From the NCBI RefSeq assembly GCF_006345805.1, contig NW_021833290.1, positions 1-64,000 on the forward strand: DNA of 64,000 bases, read 5' to 3'. Made by a program: the position numbers and the translations under genes. Below are positions 1 to 11,848 of the stretch, in pieces. Numbering within the stretch: the first letter of the stretch is position 1; each line of letters opens with the position of its first letter. The notes under the pieces are model-generated. The model was given only the letters and a program-made list of their open reading frames with translations. It did not search any database and had not been told where the DNA came from. Source of the stretch: Octopus sinensis. Its lineage: Eukaryota.

Positions 1-3000
1 CTCATTATCATGATGGTATCTGTCCTTCAAGCCAAATTCACATGTTTTCTGTATATATTTTGTGATAGATGAAAAAGACAGCATGAGATGGAAGTAGTAG
101 GAAACAGATACAATGCTATTAATAAGAGCTTTTTCAAAATCCCTCATAAAATCTTCAGGGCTCAGTCTTTGGAGTAATTCATTTAGCTTATAAAAAAGGC
201 GGCTGTAAGTTTATTTTTGGGTGGGGGTAATGAAAACAACTGCGGGACACTGAATAACCCCACCTGAATATGATGCATGGATTTTGAAGCACATGAACAA
301 TGAGGATCTTCACCAATGTGCTGAATTATGGTATGATCTTCATCATGTATCCTAATGTGCACTCGAGCGTTACAGGACATAATTTCGAATTTCCTGTAAG
401 TCTTAGATTCATCAGCGTTTTGTTTCTGTGCTTCATAATATGTAATTCATGTCATCCACAAGTCTCTTCCTTCTGCGGATACTGTCAAAAACGTGAGGTA
501 TGGTGTAAGTATATTTCCTTTATAAGTAACTTTTATATCCTTGTATGTTTGATAAATAATTTAACGAAGTATTTACACGAACGCACGAGGCTTCCTGTTA
601 TACGAGGTTACACGGCTCACAGCGAACTGCTGATAACTCGACAGTTCTTTATTCATAGCAAATGTTGTGACAATTCACTTTTAATCATATGGGAGTTGTC
701 GGAATCCTTCCACAACAGTAACGAATGAGGCAAGGATGGATCACGGATAAACCTGTAAACTCTTTAAATTAAACATCCGAATGGATAACTGAAAAGGTAC
801 TTTCAGTTAACTGAATTACTCTGTAAATAAATCAATCGAATAGGTGACTGAAATGATATTTTCAGTTTACCGAATTACCTTGTATATCATCATCATCATC
901 AGCAGCAGCAGCAGAAGCAGCAACAACAATAACAATAATCAGTAGAGCACTTAAAATGTGCAAACCTCCGCCGAGACAATACCAACATCCTCTCAACGAT
1001 GAGCCAGAGATGATTTTTAGAATGAGAATATCTGAAATAAACTCGACTGCTCTCACAAACGAGAATACTAAAAGTGAACTCGACCGCTCTCAAAAATTAG
1101 ATGGAGTAAGCAAATTAATGCTGAAAACGGCAGAATCCGCATACTTCACCTCGATGAATGACTCTCACCTCTCTGACTCGTAAATAATTTATGGCACCAA
1201 TTTATGAAAAGAAATGAGGTTCCAGAAATATATAACGCGTAACGTTATTAGACCTTCGATCCAGCGCCGGCGCAACACTCAGCTAATCACAACACAGGGT
1301 TCAATAAATGTCCAATGACTTTTATGATAGTTATTTTAACCAATCTCAACAGAGTAGCGTGGTGAGCTTTCAGAAACTAACTTAATGTTTCCAAATATAC
1401 AATAATAGAAATTGGTCGCTACACATCTATCACGTCCATAAGTTCAGAATATTGCTATTGGTTAGAATTTTACTATTCGTCTAGGCATTATAGCGGAATA
1501 TGCAAGGGAACAGCACTTCCCTTCTTGGAGCCCATAGCCAAGATGTGGATGTAACTAATCTAGAATTTGATTCTTCGATAAACCTTGTGCTAACCATTAC
1601 GGTTTATAATCTACTAGTTCCATTTATATGTTGTGTTTGTATAGGATTCAACATCTTCGTGCAGTCACGTATTAAAGCTTGCTTGTCAGCCTGGACGTAT
1701 TACAAATTGTCTGTTGTATGTCATATTTTCACAAGATTGTAAGTACTGCAACTACGTGTGACAAGCACCCAATATAGGTTAAGTGTTGTATATTGAGGCA
1801 AGGCACAGATGTGTAGATGTCTGTAGGTGTGTTTTTGAACATTGTGATCCTGCAGAGTTAGATTCATAATGAGATTGTTCGCCATAGTGCTTGTAGTATA
1901 TTGGGGGCTCATCGTTGTAGAACCTATGGAATTTGTGGGCAACGGTATGGAGGAGGGGCCATATCAGGACCGAAAGGCAGAGAGAAACAGATCAAGGAGA
2001 AGTAAGTTATGGTGTGAAAAATAATGAAGAATGATTATGTTTGTGGTTCACAATGAAGAGAGAAAATATGTTAAACGAAACAGCGGAGATGAAAAACAAT
2101 TATAAAAATGTTGAACGTCTTTGCTGGCTTAATTCTCCACGCGCAGGGAAGCAACATGTGATATGAGAGAGAGAGAAGCATGGACTGATGAGGAAAGTGT
2201 ATGGGAGAGGCAAAGCTATAAGAGAGAGGAGAGAGAGAGAGAGAAGTAGCAAAAGAGATAGAGAGTGAGTGAAGGAGAAATGTCATGGAGACAGATTTGT
2301 TTTCTTCACTGAAAGGAGAATAGAGAAAATATGTGTTCACAGATAATAACGAAGTGAGGAAATATATATTTTAAAACTTTTTCCTTTATTTCAGTCATGA
2401 GACTGCAGCCATGCTGGAGGAGGTGGAGGGCCCCTGGAATAATTTTTAGTCGAACGAATTGACCCTAGTACTTTTCTCTCAGTATGGTGGAAATTGCCCA
2501 AAGTGCCATGTCACACGATGAGACCAAGAAAAAAATCGGAATTATGTGGTTGGGAAGCAAACCTAATATTGATGGTCTCAGACGAAATATGGGGAAAATG
2601 GGCTATGAAAATGAATAGCATTATATACAGATTAATTACACAACGAAAAGGAAATAATTACACTGAATGGTTCTTATGTTGAACATGTCAAAGAGAGCTG
2701 TGTAGTATCCGTCGCACTAGGCACACAGGTTAGAAAAGACAGGTCACGCTAGCATGTATAGCATTTGAGAGATTTAAGAAACAGGATCTGGAGCTTGTAG
2801 GACATCAGCCAGGGTTGCATTGATAGGTTGCACATTTTTGTTTCTCTAATCAGGGTCTAGAAACACATAAGTAAGAGGTTATTAAGATGTGTTTAAAACT
2901 AAAAAGATATTATAGTGAGACTGGCGTAATTTGTATAAGAAACGTTATTTACATGACATAAACCAGAACTGAAGTAGTCAGATGGAAGAGAGTGAAATGG

Positions 3001-3268
3001 TGCGACCATCTAATTAGGAGGAAACTAAAAGATAATTCCTTAGTTCAGTCGATGTACCAAGACATCTAAAACCACAGGCCATATAATAAGTGGTAGAAAT
3101 GACAGAGCTGTTACGATAAACGGCTACATATCTTTTAACAGCAACAAGCAGAGTATAAAAGAAGGGCGGAGCGGTGTTCCGGCTGGCAAGAGAGCGACCA
3201 ATGATCCGGAAAACAGAAGAGGCTAAAAAGCACACACATACATACATACACACACACGCATGCATACA

Positions 3269-3310
<42 letters not shown>

Positions 3311-4679
3311 TAGACACTTGGACTATTGGTCCGATGCGTCCTGTCCACGAGAAAATCACTTCCAGTGCAGTCATCTGAGAAGAAATACCAGCAACAACCA
3401 AGGGTTAAACTTGCAACAGAGTGGCATCTCTTTTAGTGGGATGTCTTCTATCCCCGGGTGTTGGAATATGTTGGATACCGAGAGAGACTGCGGCCTAATG
3501 GGCCTGAATATCATGTAGAGAATATAACTAAGAAACTACTTCAATGAAGACATTGAGGCGTGCGCAGTCTCGTGTTAGTGTAACATTGATGGAGTGAAAG
3601 TAGATATGAACGTGAAGAAGACGAATCTACGTCCGGTGCTTTGATTGGAATGTAGCTGTTTGTGAAATGTTGATTACTTGAACAATGACAGTTGAATGAC
3701 CTGATAATACTAATTAGCTAAATGATCGTAAATCTAATCAACATGATACATTTTGCAAGTTTTAACATTTTAGTGGAATGTTTAAAATAACAATTGGAAT
3801 CAATGCCTCTTCCGGTAGTACTTGATCTTAGTCTGCGGGATTACAGTATTTCATCTAGAAAACGAACGGTAGCAACAGATCAGATTTAATCCTTTATTTA
3901 ACAATTCTAAAGCTTACATTGATAACATTAAATTGGCAAGAAGATAGAATTTCAATATAATTTCAAATCATGCAATATTTTCTGTTTCAAGCCATAGTGA
4001 GGCCCTGAAACTTGTTTAAATTACATCATGGTGGATTATACAGTCTCATGCATGCATAGTGTTGTATTGAAAGGTACAATTATAGTGTCGTTACAAGGAA
4101 AGAATATTTTATATTATATATGGAGAAAATATTATTTTATATCATATATTAAGAAAATATTATTTCATATTATATATGGAGAAAATTTTATTTTGTATTA
4201 TATATGCAGAAAATATCGTTTTATAGCATAAAATATCAGCAAAGACGATTCTTGGAGGCTCTTTTTCGATTTTCACTCAAAAGTTTGTTTCTGCTGTTCT
4301 ATCCTCTGTTCCATTACCAGTACTTGAACCTGGAAACATAATGAAAAAACATAAAATATAAAAGTTTAAGCACATTAATTACCGGATAGTATTAATTTGT
4401 ATATATATATATGTTTATTTCTTACTATTCGAACTGTTAGAGCTGTTTTCGCTATGTATCCAGTACAACCCTTACACAAGTAAATAATATTTCCCTAAAC
4501 AATAGATCAACGTATTTCAGTTTGTGACTTATTCACGAATATACCATGAATGACGATGCCTTTCATGTTACTTCAGCCAATTGGCAAGCGCTGATGGAAG
4601 GACGGTTCTGCTTTGAGACAAATACACTGTCAACACAAATGTCACATCCTGTTTACATGTAGTCACACTTTCTTAAAAT

Positions 4680-4850
4680 CTATCCGTACATCTTGAAAAT
4701 GGCCAGCGTGTATATTTCACAGAAGACAATGCTCGAAACGTAGAACTGAATCCATGAGAAACTACTTTGACAGCGTTCTTCAAATTATGCCGATGTGATC
4801 TGTTTGCTCGAACACTGATGAACGTAGAGATCCCCGTGTACTCTACCTGG
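4680..4850 (+). mobile_element. Helitron Rep/Hel fragment
   Basis: LSVHLENGQRVYFTEDNA...*ETTLTAFFKLC..DLFARTL...EIPVYSTW. Confidence 0.8.
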
Positions 4851-5732
4851 GCACACAATATATATATGCACACATATATTTATTCATTTATATATTTTTT
4901 TAAATAATAAATAACATGACCATCCCGAAATATGGATGTGTATATGTATATATATTTTTACATTTTCCCGAGCAATATATAATTTGTTACGGGATTTGAC
5001 TAGTGAAAATGCTATTGTCTGTTTCGCGGCCTCTATTGTTGCATTTCCTCAATATTGACCACTACTTAGACATACTGACCGGATGCGCATAAACCTCTTT
5101 TATGCTGGAAATAGATAGACATTATATTGATTTGGCAGTGGTAAAATGAAATGAATGGAAACGAAGAGAAAAAAAATTATATCATTGTTCGGCAATGGGA
5201 TGTGATTTATTCCTCTTTTATATCTCTTAGAGATGAGTTAAAGCGTATAAGCTGTGTGTGTATCTATCGATCCTAATTCAAAAATTAATATGATCACGTC
5301 GAACAAAATGAATTTTCGCTGAGGAAAATTATTTGCAGCATTGAATAATTTTCCTGAGTGAATTAAAGAAAGTACTGGAATTGTGTGAATTATTCTGCCC
5401 AGTAGAGTCTGCATCTTCTACTTCTATACAAAATTAGAAGAAAACATTTTTGCCCTCGGTTAGACAAACAGTTCCGTAGGGACAAGAAACGGAAAAGCGC
5501 AAAATAAAATGCTGATTTATTGAAATTATCCAAGCTTCGAGAAAATGTAAATGAATAGTTGTATGTATGAGAGAGAGGGAGGGAGTCTGTGCGCTTGTGC
5601 ACGCGTGGGTGTCCTAAGGTATCATCCGTTGTGGTTGATGATGACGACAACGACGAAGAGGATGGTATGGTGATTGATGAAGCTAATTATGACGGTAATG
5701 GTGTTAGAAAAATGAAGAAACACGATACTTAC

Positions 5733-5815
5733 TTTCATCAAGCAAATTCATGTTGAGCAATGCCTGGAATTTGTTCAAAACTTGGGAGATATTGCGCCGC
5801 AGTTGACTTTGAACA
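5733..5815 (-). pseudogene. 5'-truncated duplicate of SEA-like exon 3 ([27 protein letters not shown])
   Basis: Paralog of 24889-25043; donor gtaagt kept; original acceptor deleted; in-frame 21-nt internal deletion; possible cryptic ctctttaag acceptor in the same phase. Confidence 0.65.
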
Positions 5816-6708
5816 CTTAAAGAGATTAATTGTTTTGTTTCAATTATTTCTATATTCAAATATAGCTTAGGATTGGATCATCATAGGTAAAATAACCGCA
5901 TTCAGTATGGTTGAGAACAGAATTAGTGAAGAAGGCTAGAACTACAAGCGGGTGACTAAAAGTTAGTGTTAAGAACATATTCGTCCAGTACCGTGGCTTG
6001 CCCTCTTTAGCATGTAAGAAATCCACATGGTGGTCTTCCCTCCGTGTATAAGTTTTTATATACATTTTATATATATATAATTACCTGGTTGGTTTTAAAA
6101 TGTGTGTTAGCCACCTTAATTATTTTATAATCTTCACATTGCCATTTTGTGAAATCAATCACTCATTTTTATGTCATTCTCAATGATATTGACAGGCGGG
6201 AGTTAACCTCCACCAGCCGTAATGGAGTGAGCATTGCTGATGAGTATTAACTTCTTATAAGAAATTACCATGCTAATCTAATCCATCTGGCTTACCGTGG
6301 GGAATGTTCTCCCCCCCCCTGCCAATGCACTATGTGTTTTTTTTTATGGCTAAGGTGTCTATGACTATAATTTAACACAATCACTGGTAAAAGTTTGCAA
6401 GACTCAACGAAATGTTTTAGGAAAATAAAAATAAGAAATACGTTGAAATATTACTAGTGAGTGTGTGGAATTATAAGGCACAAAAAGAAAATGGCTCTCC
6501 CCAGACAGAACAGAATATGCTTCAACACACGAACTCATATAAAGAATCTTGCAAACCAAATCCCAAAACGAAATAGTCTATGACTAATATTTCTAATAAT
6601 GTTGGTGCTCACCGCACTCTTGTCACCTTTAGTGATTGTGAATTATTTCCCTGTTGGTCTTAAAATGCTGATAGCCGCCTTGATTTATATATACACGCTC
6701 ATATATAT

Positions 6709-6790
<82 letters not shown>

Positions 6791-6877
6791 CATATATATA
6801 TTATAAATACTTTCGTATATGTAAGTATATCGTAAGTTGTATATGTATATATTGTATTTATTTGCTTTTCTGAGTAT

Positions 6878-6936
6878 ATTCCACTGATGAAGGCAGAGCA
6901 TTTCTTATGCAGAGTCAGAAATCCGGGATCTGGAAT
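6878..6936 (+). ncRNA. Type I hammerhead motif, family 2
   Basis: attcca-CTGATGA-aggc...gtca-GAAA-tccggga-TC-tggaat; 6-bp stem I. Confidence 0.72.
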
Positions 6937-7147
6937 TATCCAGAAATGTTTGCTATTCTATTTTGTCTCTTCGTCTTCTCTCCTGGTGCTATATGAACAT
7001 TTAATGTGGCTCTAGAGTCAAGTTTTGACTGCTATTACCCTACATTATAATTTTAAATAAGTGTTACCTTTGATGGTTTTTATTCCCATGCTGGCCACCT
7101 GATAAAATCGATATTTAAATATTGATCTTATCCTTCTGTGTGTATAT

Positions 7148-7182
<35 letters not shown>

Positions 7183-7457
7183 TTCAACAATTGAGGGTAA
7201 AATTAATTAATTAATTAATCAATTTCACCAAGTATTCAGTATGCAAAGGGACCATTTAAGGCAAATTCAAATTATTACATTATATAAAAGGGCTTAGTAA
7301 AATAAATTACTTTGCCGCATACTGAACTCGTTAGAAATAGCAGCTAAAAAAACTATTTCTAACACTTAAAGAAAACCTCTCTCATATAGTGTTTGCTCAA
7401 TTCAACTCAAGAAAGTATGAGGGTAGAGACATTAAAAAATCAAATGCAAAGGTTATT

Positions 7458-7510
7458 TGAGTACGTACGTTTCAAGATTAGCCAAAATCGACCCTTCTCT
7501 CATCAGCTCA
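7458..7510 (-). ncRNA. Type I hammerhead ribozyme motif (array unit)
   Basis: tgag-CTGATGA-stem II-GAAA-cgtacg-TA-ctca; stem I tgag/ctca, palindromic stem III, GUA cleavage triplet. Confidence 0.85.
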
Positions 7511-8005
7511 GAATGCCCTTGTTTGAGTTTGAAAACACTGAAAATGGGAGCATACCCTTTCGGCTTGTTATCGCTTCTGAAGATCTGCTCCAAACTAACA
7601 GTGCTAACTAACTCAAATATGCAAGAGAAAAATTTCTGTTCTCCCCTTTCCACCAGCGTGGGTTAAAATCAGCAAACACTATGCTTTTTTCGGTAAAATC
7701 CGAGACAATTAAGTAGAGAGAGATGAATTATAATTTCAACAATTGAGGGTAAAATTAATTAATTAATCAATTTCACCAAGTATTCAGTATGCAAAGGGAC
7801 CATTTAAGGCAAATTCAAATTATTACATTATATAAAAGGGCTTAGTAAAATAAATTACTTTGCCGCATACTGAACTCGTTAGAAATAGCAGCTAAAAAAA
7901 CTATTTCTAACACTTAAAGAAAACCCCTCTCATATAGTGTTTGCTCAATTCAACTCAAGAAAGTATGAGGGTAGAGACATTAAAAAATCAAATGCAAAGG
8001 TTATT

Positions 8006-8058
8006 TGAGCACGTACGTTTCAAGATTAGCCAAAATCGACCCTTCTCTCATCAGCTCA
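8006..8058 (-). ncRNA. Hammerhead motif with GUG triplet (predicted inactive)
   Basis: Same as the other units but H17 = G. Confidence 0.7.
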
Positions 8059-8556
8059 GAATGCCCTTGTTTGAGTTTGAAAACACTGAAAATGGGAGCA
8101 TACCCTTTCGGCTTGTTATCGCTTCTGAAGATCTGCTCCAAACTAACAGTGCTAACTAACTCAAATATGCAAGAGAAAAATTTCTGTTCTCCCCTTTCCA
8201 CCAGCGTGGGTTAAAATCAGCAAACACTATGCTTTTTTCGGTAAAATCCGAGACAATTAAGTAGAGAGAGATGAATTATAATTTCAACAATTGAGGGTAA
8301 AATTAATTAATTAATTAATCAATTTCACCAAGTATTCAGTATGCAAAGGGACCATTTAAGGCAAATTCAAATTATTACATTATATAAAAGGGCTTAGTAA
8401 AATAAATTACTTTGCCGCATACTGAACTCGTTAGAAATAGCAGCTAAAAAAACTATTTCTAACACTTAAAAAAACCTCTCTCATATAGTGTTTGCTCAAT
8501 TCAACTCAAGAAAGTATGAGGGTAGAGACATTAAAAAATCAAATGCAAAGGTTATT

Positions 8557-8609
8557 TGAGTACGTACGTTTCAAGATTAGCCAAAATCGACCCTTCTCTC
8601 ATCAGCTCA
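8557..8609 (-). ncRNA. Type I hammerhead ribozyme motif (array unit)
   Basis: Core identical to 7458-7510. Confidence 0.85.
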
Positions 8610-9599
8610 GAATGCCCTTGTTTGAGTTTGAAAACACTGAAAATGGGAGCATACCCTTTCGGCTTGTTATCGCTTCTGAAGATCTGCTCCAAACTAACAG
8701 TGCTAACTAACTCAATATGCAAGAGAAAAATTTCTGTTCTCCCCTTTCCACCAGCGTGGGTTAAAATCAGCAAACACTATGCTTTTTTCGGTAAAATCCG
8801 AGACAATTAAGTAGAGAGATGAATTATAATTTCAACAATTGAGGGTAAAATTAATTAATTAATTAATCAATTTCACCAAGTATTCAGTATGCAAAGGGAC
8901 CATTTAAGGCAAATTCAAATTATTACATTATATAAAAGGGCTTAGTAAAATAAATTACTTTGCCGCATACTGAACTCGTTAGAAATAGCAGCTAAAAAAA
9001 CTATTTCTAACACTTAAAGAAAACCTCTCTCATATAGTGTTTGCTCAATTCAACTCAAGAAAGTATGAGGGTAGATTTTGGCTAATCTTGAAACGTACGT
9101 ACTCAAATAACCTTTGCATTTGATTTTTTAATGTCTCTACCCTCATACTTTCTTGAGTTGAATTGAGCAAACACTATATGAGAGAGGTTTTCTTTAAGTG
9201 TTAGAATAGTTTTTTTAGCTGCTATTTCTAACGAGTTCAGTATGCGGCAAAGTAATTTATTTTACTAAGCCCTTTTATATATGTAATAATTTGAATTTGC
9301 CTTAAATGGTCCCTTTGCATACTGAATACTTGTGAATTGATTAATTAATTAATTAATTTTACCCTCAATTGTTGAAATTATAATTCATCTCTCTCTACTT
9401 AATTGTCTCGGATTTTACCGAAAAAAGCATAGTGTTTGCTGATTTTAACCCACGCTGGTGGAAAGGGGAGAACAGAAATTTTTCTCTTGCATATTTGAGT
9501 TAGTTAGCACTGTTAGTTTGGAGCAGATCTTCAGAAGCGATAACAAGCCGAAAGGGTATGCTCCCATTTTCAGTGTTTTCAAACTCAAACAAGGCATTC

Positions 9600-9652
9600 T
9601 GAGCTGATGAGAGAAGGGTCGATTTTGGCTAATCTTGAAACGTACGTACTCA
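9600..9652 (+). ncRNA. Type I hammerhead ribozyme motif (inverted arm)
   Basis: tgagCTGATGAgagaagggtcgattttggctaatcttGAAAcgtacgTActca. Confidence 0.85.
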
Positions 9653-10147
9653 AATAACCTTTGCATTTGATTTTTTAATGTCTCTACCCTCATACTTTCT
9701 TGAGTTGAATTGAGCAAACACTATATGAGAGAGGTTTTCTTTAAGTGTTAGAAATAGTTTTTTTAGCTGCTATTTCTAACGAGTTCAGTATGCGGCAAAG
9801 TAATTTATTTTACTAAGCCCTTTTATATAATGTAATAATTTGAATTTGCCTTAATGGTCCCTTTGCATACTGAATACTTGGTGAAATTGATTAATTAATT
9901 AATTAATTTTACCCTCAATTGTTGAAATTATAATTCACTCTCTCTACTTAATTGTCTCGGATTTTACCGAAAAAAGCATAGTGTTTGCTGATTTTAACCC
10001 ACGCTGGTGGAAGGGGAGAACAGAAATTTTTCTCTTGCATATTTGAGTTAGTTAGCACTGTTAGTTTGGAGCAGATCTTCAGAAGCGATAACAAGCCGAA
10101 AGGGTATGCTCCCATTTTCAGTGTTTTCAAACTCAAACAAGGCATTC

Positions 10148-10200
10148 TGAGCTGATGAGAGAAGGGTCGATTTTGGCTAATCTTGAAACGTACGTACTCA
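10148..10200 (+). ncRNA. Type I hammerhead ribozyme motif (inverted arm)
   Basis: Identical core. Confidence 0.85.
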
Positions 10201-10695
10201 AATAACCTTTGCATTTGATTTTTTAATGTCTCTACCCTCATACTTTCTTGAGTTGAATTGAGCAAACACTATATGAGAGAGGTTTTCTTTAAGTGTTAGA
10301 AATAGTTTTTTTAGCTGCTATTTCTAACGAGTTCAGTATGCGGCAAAGTATTTATTTTACTAAGCCCTTTTATATAATGTAATAATTTGAATTTGCCTTA
10401 AATGGTCCCTTTGCATACTGAATACTTGTGAAATTGATTAATTAATTAATTAATTTTACCTCAATTGTTGAAATTATAATTCATCTCTCTCTACTTAATT
10501 GTCTCGGATTTTACCGAAAAAAGCATAGTGTTTGCTGATTTTAACCCACGCTGGTGGAAAGGGGAGAACAGAAATTTTTTCTCTGCATATTTGAGTTAGT
10601 TAGCACTGTTAGTTTGGAGCAGATCTTCAGAAGCGATAACAAGCCGAAGGGTATGCTCCCATTTTCAGTGTTTTCAAACTCAAACAAGGGCATTC

Positions 10696-10748
10696 TGAGC
10701 TGATGAGAGAAGGGTCGATTTTGGCTAATCTTGAAACGTACGTACTCA
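10696..10748 (+). ncRNA. Type I hammerhead ribozyme motif (inverted arm)
   Basis: Identical core. Confidence 0.85.
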
Positions 10749-11245
10749 AATAACCTTTGCATTTGATTTTTTAATGTCTCTACCCTCATACTTTCTTGAG
10801 TTGAATTGAGCAAACACTATATGAGAGAGGTTTTCTTTAAGTGTTAGAAATAGTTTTTTTAGCTGCTATTTCTAACGAGTTCAGTATGCGGCAAAGTAAT
10901 TTATTTTACTAAGCCTTTTATATAATGTAATAATTTGAATTTGCCTTAAATGGTCCCTTTGCATACTGAATACTTGTGAAATTGATTAATTAATTAATTA
11001 ATTTTACCCTCAATTGTTGAAATTATAATTCATCTCTCTCTACTTAATTGTCTCGGATTTTACCGAAAAAAGCATAGTGTTTGCTGATTTTAACCCACGC
11101 TGGTGGAAAGGGGAGAACAGAAATTTTTCTCTTGCATATTTGAGTTAGTTAGCACTGTTAGTTTGGAGCAGATCTTCAGAAGCGATAACAAGCCGAAAGG
11201 GTATGCTCCCATTTTCAGTGTTTTCAAACTCAAACAAGGGCATTC

Positions 11246-11298
11246 TGAGCTGATGAGAGAAGGGTCGATTTTGGCTAATCTTGAAACGTACGTACTCA
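11246..11298 (+). ncRNA. Type I hammerhead ribozyme motif (inverted arm)
   Basis: Identical core. Confidence 0.85.
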
Positions 11299-11469
11299 AA
11301 TAACCTTTGCATTTGATTTTTTAATGTCTCTACCCTCATACTTTCTTGAGTTGAATTGAGCAAACACTATATGAGAGAGGTTTTCTTTAAGTGTTAGAAA
11401 TAGTTTTTTTAGCTGCTATTTCTAACGAGTTCAGTATGCGGCAAAGTAATTTATTTTACTAAGCCCTTT

Positions 11470-11520
<51 letters not shown>

Positions 11521-11606
11521 CATATAGGGTAGCAACAAATTTTAGGTTAGATATTGCCGAAGCGGTAGTGGTGCTGCCTCGTGTAAATATCTCTCCCTCC
11601 TGGCTT

Positions 11607-11708
11607 ACTTTACTGATGAATCTGTTGGCGTATGTAAGATTAGCTTGATTTAATTTAATCAGGCAGATTTACCATTAAAAATCGATGAAACAATGCATTG
11701 TATAAAGT
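11607..11708 (+). ncRNA. Type I hammerhead motif, family 3
   Basis: acttta-CTGATGA-atc...gat-GAAA-caatgcattg-TA-taaagt; perfect palindromic stem III, long stem II. Confidence 0.75.
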
Positions 11709-11848
11709 GTAACAGGGTAAATGTTTTTTTTTAATTTTCTCCTGGTTTACGGAATTACTACTATTTTGCGGTTGAAGCCTTGGCTGTTATTTCTAGTGGG
11801 TTGAACGGCCTATTATGGACGTTCCTTAATTTGTTATATATATATATA

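Larger units (their letters stand above)
7184..11478. repeat. 548-551 bp tandem repeat array (Penelope pLTR/retrozyme-like), ~3.4 direct units plus ~4.3 inverted units, between (TA)n tracts
   Basis: Near-identical units with period 548 and 551; orientation switch at 9075/9076. Confidence 0.95.

Noticed and set aside
180-1990. Complex sequence with weak resemblance to an adhesion-GPCR TM1 (LTYIGCLSHVVAVLTIL) on the minus strand, plus short plus-strand ORFs
   Set aside because: Many in-frame stops, no GPS motif and no convincing splice sites. An HMM search against the secretin-family 7TM model would be needed.
2700-3680. Possible decayed L1/Tx1 3' region (also ~31200-31740)
   Set aside because: Only faint motif resemblance with many stops; cannot be supported without a profile search.
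4270-4330. Good acceptor followed by SSSTGNGTEDRTAETNF*, a possible terminal exon for the duplicated exons
   Set aside because: Only an acceptor-like site and compatible phase; no homology or other support.
7393-11363. Repeated short ORFs (MLNSTQES..., MERGEQ..., MSTYVS...) in the 548-bp units
   Set aside because: No recognisable domain, starts at TTG, and frames change between copies; the conserved feature is the RNA motif.
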